A DNA stretch of 64,000 nucleotides, taken from Ignavibacteriales bacterium. Lineage in GTDB: Bacteria > Bacteroidota > Ignavibacteria > UBA10030 > UBA8401. This document shows positions 28,681 to 38,669 of the stretch, one piece after another. Within the stretch, counting starts at the first letter, position 1; every line of letters begins with the position of its first letter. The notes under the pieces are model-generated. The model saw only the letters and a program-made list of their open reading frames with translations. It was not told the origin of the DNA and searched no databases. The translations under genes were made by a program, and so were the position numbers. The DNA is taken from assembly GCA_026390635.1 (NCBI GenBank), contig JAPLFO010000148.1, positions 124,080 through 188,079 of the forward strand, in the 5' to 3' direction.

Positions 28681-29237
28681 TCGTGCGCTTCCTTTCCCGC
28701 CTTAAAAAACGTCACCACGGTCCGGCCGTATTTTCTCGTATCGATTGGCATAAAATGCGCCGTCGGCTCAAAGTGAATGTCATCAGGATGTTCCATCACC
28801 ATCACACCGTCTTGTGCTACAATGCCCCGTTGAAAAATAGCGACGGGGAGTTGGACAAGGTCGGTATCGGCATACGGAGGATCTGTAAAAACGACAGTAA
28901 ACGATTGTCCGGACGTCTCAATAAACTGTACTGCGTCTCCGATCCAGACGCGGGCATCTTTGTCCGCTCCGATCGATTCGATGTTCTTACGCAGAAATGC
29001 AGCGACTTTGTGGGACTGTTCCACAAAAGTCGCGCTCTTTGCTCCGCGGCTCAGCGCCTCGATGCCGATGCTGCCGCTTCCCGCATAAAGATCAAGCACC
29101 GAAGCGTTCGTCCAATCAATCCTGCTCTGTAGAATATTGAAGATCGATTCCTTCACGCGGGATGTTGCCGGACGAACGGAGAAATCCTTCACGGTCTCCA
29201 GAATGCGGCCCTTGTATTTTCCCGCAATGACTCTCAT
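28677..29237 (-). CDS. rsmD: 16S rRNA (guanine966-N2)-methyltransferase RsmD
   Basis: LDLYAGSGSIGIEALSRGA SAM-binding motif and the DPPY catalytic motif. It overlaps coaD by 4 nt, the classic rsmD-coaD pair. Confidence 0.88.
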   Translation of the reverse strand: MRVIAGKYKGRILETVKDFSVRPATSRVKESIFNILQSRIDWTNASVLDLYAGSGSIGIEALSRGAKSATFVEQSHKVAAFLRKNIESIGADKDARVWIGDAVQFIETSGQSFTVVFTDPPYADTDLVQLPVAIFQRGIVAQDGVMVMEHPDDIHFEPTAHFMPIDTRKYGRTVVTFFKAGKEAHE

Positions 29238-29240
29238 CTA

Positions 29241-30152
29241 CTAATCCGTTCTCAGAGCCAGGCCGACAGCGGCGGCATATGATTGCTGTTCCCTCTGGAT
29301 CTCGGCATAATTGCCAAGCGATTTGGGAAGGGCAACTTTCAAAAATGGATTTAGAATTTCTGCTTTCACGCCTGTCGCTGTGGAGACTTCTTCAACAAGT
29401 TCCGGCGTCACAATGCGTCCGTGAAAATAGATCGCCTCCGGCTTCGCCGCTGCAGCATATTCGACAAGTTGTGAAATGTCCGCTACAGAGGAGCGCGGAA
29501 CAACGCTGACATTAACCGCCTGACCCGCGACAAGTATCGACACATCGAATGATTCCTCGTCCGCACCGATGAGCATGCAACGCTTTGTTACCTCTTCAGG
29601 ATAATTCACCAGAAAGGCATTTTCTGCGGCAAAGTGGTCAACGTCCACAATGTGCAACGTCGTACCAGACTGCGCACAGACACGTGTCAGGAAGTTTACA
29701 AATGATTTGCGAACAGCAAGCACCAGCGTCGGCACATGCAATGCGTCGGGATCTCTCGGCAATTGCTGTGTGTTCACCGAGAATGAATGTGGATGGCTGT
29801 CGAGAAAATATTGATTAAGCTCCCATTTTGCCTGCTGATCGATTTCATTTTCCCTCAGAGAACTGTCCACGGGAATTGTCTGAAGCATCACCATCTTGCT
29901 GTTCAGTGCGAATGAAAAATGCTTTGACCCGCTCCCGATTTTTTTTAGAAATACGGACAGCTCGTGCGCAAATAGCCGCTCGCGCTGTGTCGCACCGGGC
30001 TGCTCAAACAACGCATGGTCGTCGAAGTCAAGCTGGAAAAAAAACGAACCCGCCGCTGTCAGCGTAAATCCCTTGGGACTGTGCGCAATTTCCACGGCTG
30101 TGATATTCTGATGCTCTATGATGATGGCGATATAGCGTTCTGTTGTTTTCAT
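29241..30152 (-). CDS. PilM-like (actin-fold type IV pilus assembly / FtsA-like) protein
   Basis: Approx. 300 aa ending ...NPFLKV...YAAAVGLALR, like the PilM C-terminus. The actin-fold ATPase pattern is only weakly recognisable by eye. Confidence 0.45.
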   Translation of the reverse strand: MKTTERYIAIIIEHQNITAVEIAHSPKGFTLTAAGSFFFQLDFDDHALFEQPGATQRERLFAHELSVFLKKIGSGSKHFSFALNSKMVMLQTIPVDSSLRENEIDQQAKWELNQYFLDSHPHSFSVNTQQLPRDPDALHVPTLVLAVRKSFVNFLTRVCAQSGTTLHIVDVDHFAAENAFLVNYPEEVTKRCMLIGADEESFDVSILVAGQAVNVSVVPRSSVADISQLVEYAAAAKPEAIYFHGRIVTPELVEEVSTATGVKAEILNPFLKVALPKSLGNYAEIQREQQSYAAAVGLALRTD

Positions 30153-30562
30153 TGTAGTGTCACCATTGGTTGAAGTTTTTCCAACTTCTTTGGTCCCAGC
30201 CCCTTGATGTTACGCAAATCCTGGAGTGATTTAAAAGGCCCATGTTCGTTTCGATATTCGACAATTTGTCGCGCCATTGACGGTCCAATGCCGGGAAGTC
30301 CATCCAGTTCCTCCACTCCGGCCGCATTGATGTTGACCGGCTGTTGTTTGATGGAAGAGGGCGCTGCCGGTATGGTGCTTCTGGCTGCAAAAACGGAATC
30401 ACTTTCGCTGTAGTCAAAACGCGGCGCGCGCGGCGGCACCACAGAGGATCGATAGACCTTGATCGCCGCACCAGCGAGAAACAGCACGGCAAGAAAAAGT
30501 AGAATCTTCTGCTCGTTCCTGGTGAAGCTTACATACCCCCGAAGACGATCGATCCATTTCAT
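30149..30562 (-). CDS. comEA: ComEA-family helix-hairpin-helix DNA-binding (competence) protein
   Basis: N-terminal TM anchor and tandem HhH motif [53 protein letters not shown]. Confidence 0.85.
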   Translation of the reverse strand: MKWIDRLRGYVSFTRNEQKILLFLAVLFLAGAAIKVYRSSVVPPRAPRFDYSESDSVFAARSTIPAAPSSIKQQPVNINAAGVEELDGLPGIGPSMARQIVEYRNEHGPFKSLQDLRNIKGLGPKKLEKLQPMVTLQ

Positions 30563-31710
30563 GAAAAGGAGTTCTTTACCTTGTCGAAAAACGATTTATT
30601 CCGGTCTTTCTCCTCCTGCGTCGGATTCACGTGTTCGCACTTGGCAAGTTCTTTTAGCAACTCCTTTTCACGCAAATTGACCTTCCCCGGTACCCAGACC
30701 TGTACGCGAATCAACTGATCCCCTTTGCCATATCCATTCAGATGGGCTATTCCCTTTTCTTTCATGCGAAGCATTTTCCCCGGCATCGTGCCGGCCTCAA
30801 TCTTCAGGCGTGCCAAGCCTGTCAGCGTCGGTACTTCGATATCGCCGCCCAACACCGCATCCGGGTAGCCGACCAACGCATTGTAGATCACATCGTCCCC
30901 ATGACGCGTAAAATGCTCGTGGCGTGCCTGTTCGAATTCAACAATAACGTCTCCCGCAGGTCCGCCGCGCTTTCCTGCGTTTCCCTGTGCGTGCAGTGGA
31001 ATGTAATTCCCTTCCGATACACCCGCCGGCACCGCCACCTTGATGGTGGATTCGCCTTGTTCGCGCCCATCACCGGAACAGATCGGGCACGGTTCTTTAA
31101 CGATCGTCCCTTCGCCGTTGCAGTATCCGCACGGCGATACATTCACAAACTGGCCGAACATGGAACGCGACACCTGGCGCACTTCTCCGGAACCACCGCA
31201 ATGGGAACACGTTACACGCGATGAACCGGAACGCGCACCTGTACCGTTACACGCGTGGCAGGGCTTCCATTTCTTGATTTTGATTTTCTTTTCCACGCCG
31301 GTCGCAATTTCCTCCAGCGTCAGTTTGAGACGAATGCGAAGGTCGGAACCGGGCTGGCCGGGCTCTTTCCTCCGGCTTCGTTGGCCGCCGGAAAACATGT
31401 CTTCGAAAATCGAGCCACCGAAAATATCTCCAAAGTTCGAAAAGATCTCGTTGATATCCGAGTACTGATGAAAATCTGTCCCCCGCATTCCTTCATGCCC
31501 ATACCGATCATATTTCTGGCGTTTGGTTTGATCTCCCAGTACCTCGTACGCTTCTGCGGCTTCTTTAAATTTCTCTTCGGCCTCTTTGTTGTTGGGATTG
31601 CGATCAGGATGAAACTGCAATGCGAGTTTGCGGTACGCCTTCTTCACCTCGTCGACAGATGCATCACGGGCAACGCCGAGAATCTCATAGTAATCGCGTT
31701 TGGATGCCAT
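30559..31710 (-). CDS. dnaJ: Molecular chaperone DnaJ
   Basis: J-domain (DYYEILGV...HPDRNP), G/F region, four CxxCxGxG zinc-finger repeats and a C-terminal domain. Confidence 0.95.
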   Translation of the reverse strand: MASKRDYYEILGVARDASVDEVKKAYRKLALQFHPDRNPNNKEAEEKFKEAAEAYEVLGDQTKRQKYDRYGHEGMRGTDFHQYSDINEIFSNFGDIFGGSIFEDMFSGGQRSRRKEPGQPGSDLRIRLKLTLEEIATGVEKKIKIKKWKPCHACNGTGARSGSSRVTCSHCGGSGEVRQVSRSMFGQFVNVSPCGYCNGEGTIVKEPCPICSGDGREQGESTIKVAVPAGVSEGNYIPLHAQGNAGKRGGPAGDVIVEFEQARHEHFTRHGDDVIYNALVGYPDAVLGGDIEVPTLTGLARLKIEAGTMPGKMLRMKEKGIAHLNGYGKGDQLIRVQVWVPGKVNLREKELLKELAKCEHVNPTQEEKDRNKSFFDKVKNSFS

Positions 31711-31712
31711 GG

Positions 31713-32294
31713 CTATTCCTTCTTTCCTTCGGCGGAAGGCGCTTCCGCAGAGACAATGACCTTGGCATGCCGGATGACTTTGTCGAACAAAAGGTACCCT
31801 TTTTCAACTTCTTCAATTACCGTGTGTGCCGGAACATCCGCGCGAGGCATCTGCATCAGCGCATCATGAAAATCCACATTGAATTCTTTCCCCTTTGTCT
31901 CCATTACCGTCAGACCTTGTGATTCCAGCACCTTGAAGAACTTCTGCTGGATCATTTCAACTCCCTTATAGAATGAATCCTCTCCCAGTTTCTCTTTTCC
32001 GTTCTTCAGCGACCGGTCAAAATCATCCAGTACGGGAAGCAATTGAGTAAGAGTGTTTTCTGCTGCAAACCTCGCAAGCGCGGCAAAATCGTTCTCTGTT
32101 CTTCGCTTATAATTGTCAAACTCAGCCGCTTTGCGCAGCAGTTGATCTTTCAATTGCACTATTTGATTCTCCAGGTCCGCCGCCCGCTGTTGCAACGATT
32201 CATCTGCGAGTGCCGGTGTTTCTGGGGAGGCAGACGGCGCTTGCTCATCCGCCTGCCTGTTTTCCTGTCCGTCCTTCACAACTTCCTCGGACAT
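31713..32294 (-). CDS. grpE: Nucleotide exchange factor GrpE
   Basis: Coiled-coil N-terminus and a GrpE core ([13 protein letters not shown]-like segment). Confidence 0.9.
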   Translation of the reverse strand: MSEEVVKDGQENRQADEQAPSASPETPALADESLQQRAADLENQIVQLKDQLLRKAAEFDNYKRRTENDFAALARFAAENTLTQLLPVLDDFDRSLKNGKEKLGEDSFYKGVEMIQQKFFKVLESQGLTVMETKGKEFNVDFHDALMQMPRADVPAHTVIEEVEKGYLLFDKVIRHAKVIVSAEAPSAEGKKE

Positions 32295-32356
32295 ATAATC
32301 AGTGTTCTCCTTTCATCAATGATGAATAAAATATTCGGCATAAAATCACGCGCACA

Positions 32357-33394
32357 TCATGCGAAGAGCGACGATATCGTCTTTGCCACATATTCTACAA
32401 TAGGGATCACCTTCTGATAGTCCATTCTCTTTGAGCCAATGACGCCCACTGTCCCGCGCGTTCCTCCGATCGTGTACGGAGATGCAATGAGACTGAGGTC
32501 GTGCAGTTTTTCATCGCTGTTTTCAGTACCAATCGCGATAGCAATCGCACCGTCGCGCGGATCTGCTTTTTCCAGGACATGCACAATGATATCCTCATTC
32601 TCGAGAAGATCGATGATGCTTCGAAATTTGTCCGAATCTTCAAATTCCGGCTGCGACAACAGGCTCGTCGTCCCGCCAATATGAATTTTTTCGTGGCCTG
32701 GCGCATCATCAAACAATTTATCCACCGATTCGACAAAGAGTCGAATCAATCCGGTTTCCTCGTGCCGCAAGTCCTGCATTCGTTCCGGGAAAGTGTGGCG
32801 AATATGCTGCAGTGTGAGTCCGGACAGTCGCTCATTCAACAGGCGCGCCACGTCATCCAGCTTCTGCCGCGGGATCTCTGCCTGCACCTCCATCATGATT
32901 GTCTTCACAAATCCGGATTGAATGGACATGATAACCATGATTCGCGTGCTGGAGAGCGGCACAAGCTCAATCCTATCCAATGAGCCGGATGATAGTTTTG
33001 GCGCCGAAACAACACCCAGTTGGTGTGATATGGTTCCAATCAGTTTGGATGTTTCCCGCAGCACGTCCTCCGGGTCAGTAACCGTTTGAAGTTGAGACTG
33101 GATGGCATTCTGCTCTCCGCGAGAGAGTTTTTCCAACTCGATCAGTGAGTCAACATAAAATCTATATCCCTTGTCCGTCGGAACACGGCCTGCCGAAGTG
33201 TGAGGATGGCCGATATAACCCAGATCCTCGAGATCAGACATGACATTCCGCACCGTTGCAGCACTCAAGCCGAGTGAGTGACGCTTCGAAATATAGCGCG
33301 ATCCTACTGGAGCGGCGGTCTGAATAAAGGTATAAATAACGCTCCGAAGGATCGTTTTTTCGCGATTGTTCAGTTCTGGGTCTTTGAGTTCCAT
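32357..33394 (-). CDS. hrcA: Heat-inducible transcription repressor HrcA
   Basis: N-terminal winged helix (REKTILRSVIYTFIQTAAPVGSRYISK). Length and order (hrcA-grpE-dnaJ) fit. Start is reset to MELKDPEL. Confidence 0.88.
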   Translation of the reverse strand: MELKDPELNNREKTILRSVIYTFIQTAAPVGSRYISKRHSLGLSAATVRNVMSDLEDLGYIGHPHTSAGRVPTDKGYRFYVDSLIELEKLSRGEQNAIQSQLQTVTDPEDVLRETSKLIGTISHQLGVVSAPKLSSGSLDRIELVPLSSTRIMVIMSIQSGFVKTIMMEVQAEIPRQKLDDVARLLNERLSGLTLQHIRHTFPERMQDLRHEETGLIRLFVESVDKLFDDAPGHEKIHIGGTTSLLSQPEFEDSDKFRSIIDLLENEDIIVHVLEKADPRDGAIAIAIGTENSDEKLHDLSLIASPYTIGGTRGTVGVIGSKRMDYQKVIPIVEYVAKTISSLFA

Positions 33395-33423
33395 TTGCAG
33401 TAGACACACTCTTCAAAAATCTA

Positions 33424-34620
33424 TTAAAAAATACGAATTTTGAAGGGGTATGTCAAGGAAGGTGGGTTAGAGGGCACGACAATTTGCTTCAATGCACGCA
33501 GGTCTATTTCAGTGGGAAAGCCCTCCTCATGCCAATGGCTTTTACATCCGCATTGGTTGAGTAGCACACATTGAGCGGGAACATTGTTCCGCTTCAATTC
33601 CCATCCTCCCTGCACCAACACGGAAAGGCAGGCGACACCAACAACACCCATTGGCTCGTTGCCCGGCTTCGCTGACCACTGCGACAAGTCTGCAGAATGC
33701 GGTATGATCATCACATCGAAACCATCTCGCACGCCCATTTCTCTCAATTGATTAATATGACAACGCGATTCGCAGCCGGCACACCGGATGCCTTTCGGCG
33801 ATTTGACTCCTTTACATTCCCTCTCCGAGCGGGCGCGCATGCATCCCGGAGCAAGAACTGTTTTTCGACCGCAGGAGTCAAATTCCTCACGGTGCGCGCG
33901 ATTCATAATCTCAGTGCCGATCATACTTAAATGGTATTCCGTTCGTGAGCGGAGACAGGTAAACCGATCTATCCTCCATCGGTACGAACGAAGATTTCGC
34001 TCAACAAAGCCATCAACGTTTGGCGTGTATCCTCCCATGCGGAGGGTGCTTTCATCTTCAAACCAATCGGCGAAAGTGAGAATCGTCTTCATGGTTTTTG
34101 AAAATTCTTCTGCAGAAAACATGCTCAAGTATGCCAGCAACCGAATATAGCGAAAAGCATCTTCGCGAAAGTCTCCTGTCGCCTCCAGCCACGTGACGAG
34201 CCGCTCAATATCTGCGAGCTCCTGCGGCGCGTAGTCCGTGCGACGGCAAGGAATTGGAACGAGGAAAAATGACAAAAGAATGCCGCGCAGAAAATCGATG
34301 GCGGGTTTCAAACGGGGATGTGTTTTTCGCCACTCGCCTAAGTGCGCCATCGTGGAAAATGGAGCAATCTGAACTGCGAGCGCTGTGTTTCCATAGGAGC
34401 GCCACAAAACACCCAGATTCAGCAATTCATACACATACTCTTCAACAGTACGGTAATCTTCCAATCGCGATTCTTTCAAAAAATCTGTGTACGACTCTGC
34501 AATCGGCATCACTGTATTTCGAGATCGTACAAGCACGTCGTCTGTGAATGACGCGACATCGAGATAGTACGTGGAGAAAGCTGAGCGGCCGGGATTCAAT
34601 TTGTAGGTAATCGGTTGCAT
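33424..34620 (-). CDS. DUF116 (COG1852)-domain protein with an extra approx. 230-aa N-terminal region
   Basis: C-terminal Cys-rich DUF116 pattern (CMRARSERECKG...CAGCESRC...GVVGVACLSVLVQGG...NQCGCKSHW). It sits first in the heat-shock gene string. Confidence 0.55.
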   Translation of the reverse strand: MQPITYKLNPGRSAFSTYYLDVASFTDDVLVRSRNTVMPIAESYTDFLKESRLEDYRTVEEYVYELLNLGVLWRSYGNTALAVQIAPFSTMAHLGEWRKTHPRLKPAIDFLRGILLSFFLVPIPCRRTDYAPQELADIERLVTWLEATGDFREDAFRYIRLLAYLSMFSAEEFSKTMKTILTFADWFEDESTLRMGGYTPNVDGFVERNLRSYRWRIDRFTCLRSRTEYHLSMIGTEIMNRAHREEFDSCGRKTVLAPGCMRARSERECKGVKSPKGIRCAGCESRCHINQLREMGVRDGFDVMIIPHSADLSQWSAKPGNEPMGVVGVACLSVLVQGGWELKRNNVPAQCVLLNQCGCKSHWHEEGFPTEIDLRALKQIVVPSNPPSLTYPFKIRIF

Positions 34621-34739
34621 CCCTCTCTATACGAACAAATACATCAATTTTGTTGCAGATTTCTCCCGGGCTATTGAGCGTGGCTCTTCAGTCACAGGGG
34701 ATTCCTCTCGGAGACAATCCCACTATAACATCCGCGACA

Positions 34740-37580
34740 TCATTTTTCGAGTTCATATCGCAGGGTCTTCCCTTTTTCAATCGCAGGAAGTCCCTTGGTC
34801 ATCCAGAAAGGCTCCGGGGCATCCTTTAAATAGTGGTCGAAGAATTGAAGCATGCGAATGGAAAGATCCTTCCGGTTCCGGCGCTGCACCAGATTGTGTT
34901 CTTCTCCATTGTAGGTCAGCATCCAGACCGGCTTGTCAAGGCGGCGCAATGCAGTGAACAATTCGATCCCCTGATACCAAGGTACAGCCCCATCCCCGTC
35001 ATTATGCATGATCAAGAGCGGTGTGGTCACAAAGTCCGCCCGGAAAAGTGCGGAGTTTTCGAGATAGAGCATCGGCTTTTCCCACAGCGTTGCACCGATG
35101 CGGCTCTGCTGCTTTTCATATTGAAAGGCGCGATTTACCCCGGACTCCCAGCGAATGCCCCCATACGCACTCGTCATATTGGATACCGGGGCACCGGCCA
35201 TGCCGGCCCGAAAGAGCGATGTGCGGGACACAAGATACGCAACTTGATATCCTCCCCAACTTTGTCCCTGAATACCAATTCGCGTGCTGTCAACATAACC
35301 CTGTGAGACAAGTTTCAGAACGCCGGGAATAATACAATCGGCTGCACTTTGTCCGGGATATCCAATACGATAACGAATATCCGGTATGAAGACGAGATAT
35401 CCTTGGCTTACATAGAGTGAGACATTCACGGTTGAGGCGGAGGGAGCCGGTGGCGTATAGCGATGCAACAGGTCTGAATTCCGTTCATAGAAGTACGCGA
35501 TCATGGGATATTTTTTGGACGGATCAAAGTTTTCCGGTTTATAGAGCAGTCCATCCAACGGGCGGCCATCAGCTGCGAACCAATGCACAAGTTCGGCCGT
35601 TCCCCAAAGATATTCTTGTTGCTGCGGATTGGCATCGCTGATTTTCTGCACCGAAGAAAAATGCTTCCCGGTAACATACAGGTCGGGGCACTCACGGAAG
35701 GTGCTTTTGAAAAACATCAGCACCGTGTCGTCTTTTGCCTTCGCAACGGAGCCGCAAGTCGCAGATACCCGAAGGAGCTGCAATGGTGTGGTTGGTTCAC
35801 CAATTTTGAGCGATGCAAATCCGGCGGCCTTGCTGCCATTGCTAAAAGTACGCAGAAGAGAGGGCCGCTCAGGGTTGATACTGCGTTCCTCGGGATCGAG
35901 TCGTACATACCTGTACGTTGTTTGTGTACGACGACCGACTCCAGCCGTCACATTCACCGGCGGCTGCAATGCCATCGGATCAATCTGCCAGATGTCATAT
36001 TTGTCGTTGACGTAGAAATATCGATCGTCCGTTGACCAGCCCGTCGAGCCATACGAACCGGGATCGTCCGGAACATCATTGAGCTCGTCATACAACGGAA
36101 CGGTAAATGCACGCGTCAATGCATACGTTTTGTTCTTCCGGATGGAATAGGAATACCAGCATGTATCCGTGGCATTGTACCAGTAAATATATTGTGCGAG
36201 GGGAGAGAGTGCCGGAGATCCCTTTACATGCCGGCCGGCGAGCGTCCGTTCCCCGCTCAGTGTATTGATAGCATATGCATCGTTGTATGCTTCACCTTCC
36301 CACGTCTGCGCACGCCTATATGGAACACTGGACACGCCCAGCGCGAAATCGGCATTGCCTTCATCGCCAAGAGTCACCGACGGAACGTCTTCATCCCCGA
36401 GCTGAACACAGCGGCTTTTTCTTTGGAGGAAGACGGCCACGTACGAGCGCTTCTTATCATTTTCAAGACTCTTTACTTGTTCCGTCTGGAGTCGCGCATC
36501 CAGCCAATTCCACACATCAAGCTTTGCCGTTTCCTCATCATTGAATGTTGTATCATCCGGCATGGGAACGGGTGCTGTTCCAAAAAAGATTTTCTTTCCG
36601 TCTTTGGAGAAAGATGTTTTTCCGAATTCACTCACTGTCCAGCGGCTCTTCATGCCCTGTGTGGCCGTGTCTACCGCTTGGAGAGAGGAGTCTTTCCCTT
36701 CCGACCAATAGTAGAGTGAAAAAAAGCGCTGTTTGGCCTTCGACGTATCACGATCGGCGACAAAAATGGCCTGTCTTCCCTCTTCATCCAACGCAAGCTG
36801 CTTATACTTTCCCTTTCCGCGGGCCAGCGTGTCGATAGGCAAATGAGAACTGTCGGGTGCCGTCGCACCGGAAGCAAAAGAAAAGACACCGGCTGTGACT
36901 GTACTATCGTTGCCGGCAGAAGTGAAGAGAATTCGCTTGCCGTTTTTTGAAACGGTAAATTCATTCACAAAGAGAAATTTGTATTCCTTGCCGCTCGATA
37001 GATGACGAAGAACGAGCGTCGTACCCGTATCATCCTTTTTGTCTTTGTCAGCCTCATCGGCATCCGATATGTCTTTCTTCTTTCCTTTTTTTGATGAATC
37101 GGCGGGCACAATTTCTTTCTCGAGTTGATAGGCAAGCCATCCGGAGCCTTTTTCCGGCATCACGAACGATTTCACTCTGGCAACCCTGGCAATGGACATC
37201 GACGATAATGAAAGGATGCCAAGCGAGTCTTTCGGCAGATCATCTCCTTTCTTCTTGGCAATCTTTGCCTTTTTCACGTCGGCAGCGAATGACTTGATGG
37301 AAAACACAGCATACCGGGAATCCCTGTCGAACATCGCATTGAATCCGCGCAAGAGCGTGTCGTACCGGTGTGTCGTCGTATTGAACAGAACAAGAATCGG
37401 ATCACCGTCTTGCGGCTCTACATTGTACGCTATCCATTTGCCGTCATTGGAGATTTGTTCCCCACTGATTTTCTTCCATGCGTCGTAGACATCATGGGTG
37501 AGCGGTTTCTTTGCCGCTGACTGCGCGGGGAGATTCATAGAACACAGGATGAGCAGAATAGCCTGAAAGAAATATTTCAT
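34740..37580 (-). CDS. Secreted S9-family serine peptidase (prolyl oligopeptidase / dipeptidyl-peptidase-like) with N-terminal beta-propeller domains
   Basis: Signal peptide. C-terminal alpha/beta-hydrolase domain with the nucleophile motif GQSWGGYQ and DGAVPW. It has a K/D/E-rich low-complexity insert (KKGKKKDISDADEADKDKKDD). Confidence 0.85.
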   Translation of the reverse strand: MKYFFQAILLILCSMNLPAQSAAKKPLTHDVYDAWKKISGEQISNDGKWIAYNVEPQDGDPILVLFNTTTHRYDTLLRGFNAMFDRDSRYAVFSIKSFAADVKKAKIAKKKGDDLPKDSLGILSLSSMSIARVARVKSFVMPEKGSGWLAYQLEKEIVPADSSKKGKKKDISDADEADKDKKDDTGTTLVLRHLSSGKEYKFLFVNEFTVSKNGKRILFTSAGNDSTVTAGVFSFASGATAPDSSHLPIDTLARGKGKYKQLALDEEGRQAIFVADRDTSKAKQRFFSLYYWSEGKDSSLQAVDTATQGMKSRWTVSEFGKTSFSKDGKKIFFGTAPVPMPDDTTFNDEETAKLDVWNWLDARLQTEQVKSLENDKKRSYVAVFLQRKSRCVQLGDEDVPSVTLGDEGNADFALGVSSVPYRRAQTWEGEAYNDAYAINTLSGERTLAGRHVKGSPALSPLAQYIYWYNATDTCWYSYSIRKNKTYALTRAFTVPLYDELNDVPDDPGSYGSTGWSTDDRYFYVNDKYDIWQIDPMALQPPVNVTAGVGRRTQTTYRYVRLDPEERSINPERPSLLRTFSNGSKAAGFASLKIGEPTTPLQLLRVSATCGSVAKAKDDTVLMFFKSTFRECPDLYVTGKHFSSVQKISDANPQQQEYLWGTAELVHWFAADGRPLDGLLYKPENFDPSKKYPMIAYFYERNSDLLHRYTPPAPSASTVNVSLYVSQGYLVFIPDIRYRIGYPGQSAADCIIPGVLKLVSQGYVDSTRIGIQGQSWGGYQVAYLVSRTSLFRAGMAGAPVSNMTSAYGGIRWESGVNRAFQYEKQQSRIGATLWEKPMLYLENSALFRADFVTTPLLIMHNDGDGAVPWYQGIELFTALRRLDKPVWMLTYNGEEHNLVQRRNRKDLSIRMLQFFDHYLKDAPEPFWMTKGLPAIEKGKTLRYELEK

Positions 37581-37924
37581 ACGATAACCTTGAGATTGTA
37601 TATCAATGGAGAGTTTTTGCGGATCATCAGATTTCTTGTCGCTCCTTCTCGGCGAGTTTCGACATACCCGCCTTCCAAAGGGATCGAGATTATGTGAAAA
37701 ATTACAATCCCGAGGTTGTCATTCCGGCCTGCCCCGCCGTCTTTGTGGCGGGCGAAAACCGGCCGAAGGCTCTTCGAGAATTCAGGCAAGATTGACAGGA
37801 TGTGGATACCCGCTTTCCCCAAAACGGGATCCTTTGGGCGCGGGGATTACATACCTGAAGACTTTCTACGCATTCTCGAACGTTTGGGGATGGGAAGTGG
37901 TGTTCCCTTAATGACGTTTCGCAG

Positions 37925-38515
37925 CTATTTTCTTTCTTTATACACTATGTCTATAGACAAGCCCGCCGCAAGCAGGAGCGCGGCTATCTCGGGTGTGGAG
38001 ACAGCGCTGCCCGAGAGAGAAATGAGATAATTGTCCGCCGTTGTGAACAATTCTTTTCCAATTCCGGCCCATTTTTTGGTCACAATCCCGAGTTCATTGC
38101 CGCTATGATCAAGAAATCGAAAATTCCAGCCCTTCCAATCACCCTTGACCTCAGCGATTCGATTTCCGATTCTGTTGTTGACAAAAAAGCCTCCACCCAG
38201 AGAAAATATCTTGCTAGTGAAACTCCCTATCTCATTCTGCCGTGCATCCAGAACGATCACCGTGATGCGGAACAATCCCGCTTTCTTCTGGAGTGTGATC
38301 ACCGGAATCGTCGAATTCTGTTCGTACACCCGAATCGTCGTCGGAAGCATTCTCTTCTGTACCACCAATCGGGCATATTTTTGCAGCGATGTCGGTTCGT
38401 CCCTGGCCACACCGATTTGCTCCCGTGTCGCGGGATCAAAGATATCGTACGTCTCGGTGAGCTTCAGTACCGCAACTTGTTCCTTGACAAAAAATGTCCG
38501 ATTGTTCAGCAGCAT
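37925..38515 (-). CDS. Scramblase / LURP-one-related (tubby-like C-terminal fold) family protein
   Basis: Approx. 196-aa protein with FVKEQ...TYDIFDP...GxxIGxxxxE-type repeats reminiscent of DUF567/phospholipid scramblase. Low-confidence family call. Confidence 0.35.
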   Translation of the reverse strand: MLLNNRTFFVKEQVAVLKLTETYDIFDPATREQIGVARDEPTSLQKYARLVVQKRMLPTTIRVYEQNSTIPVITLQKKAGLFRITVIVLDARQNEIGSFTSKIFSLGGGFFVNNRIGNRIAEVKGDWKGWNFRFLDHSGNELGIVTKKWAGIGKELFTTADNYLISLSGSAVSTPEIAALLLAAGLSIDIVYKERK

Positions 38516-38669
38516 ATTGTCCTCCTCATTGTCGTGAGAGACGGCACAGTGGTCCGGGTTTCATGATGGTCTCGCTTCACCAATGGAGCTCATGGGCCGC
38601 TGAGAAACGATGGTCACCCATATCCTTGTCTTTCCCCGTGCTCCCGCTGTGTTGTGTCCTCATCCGCAA

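Noticed and set aside
33395-33470. CIRCE operator upstream of hrcA
   Set aside because: Only CACTC fragments are present. No TTAGCACTC-N9-GAGTGCTAA inverted repeat could be found by eye here or upstream of the DUF116 gene.
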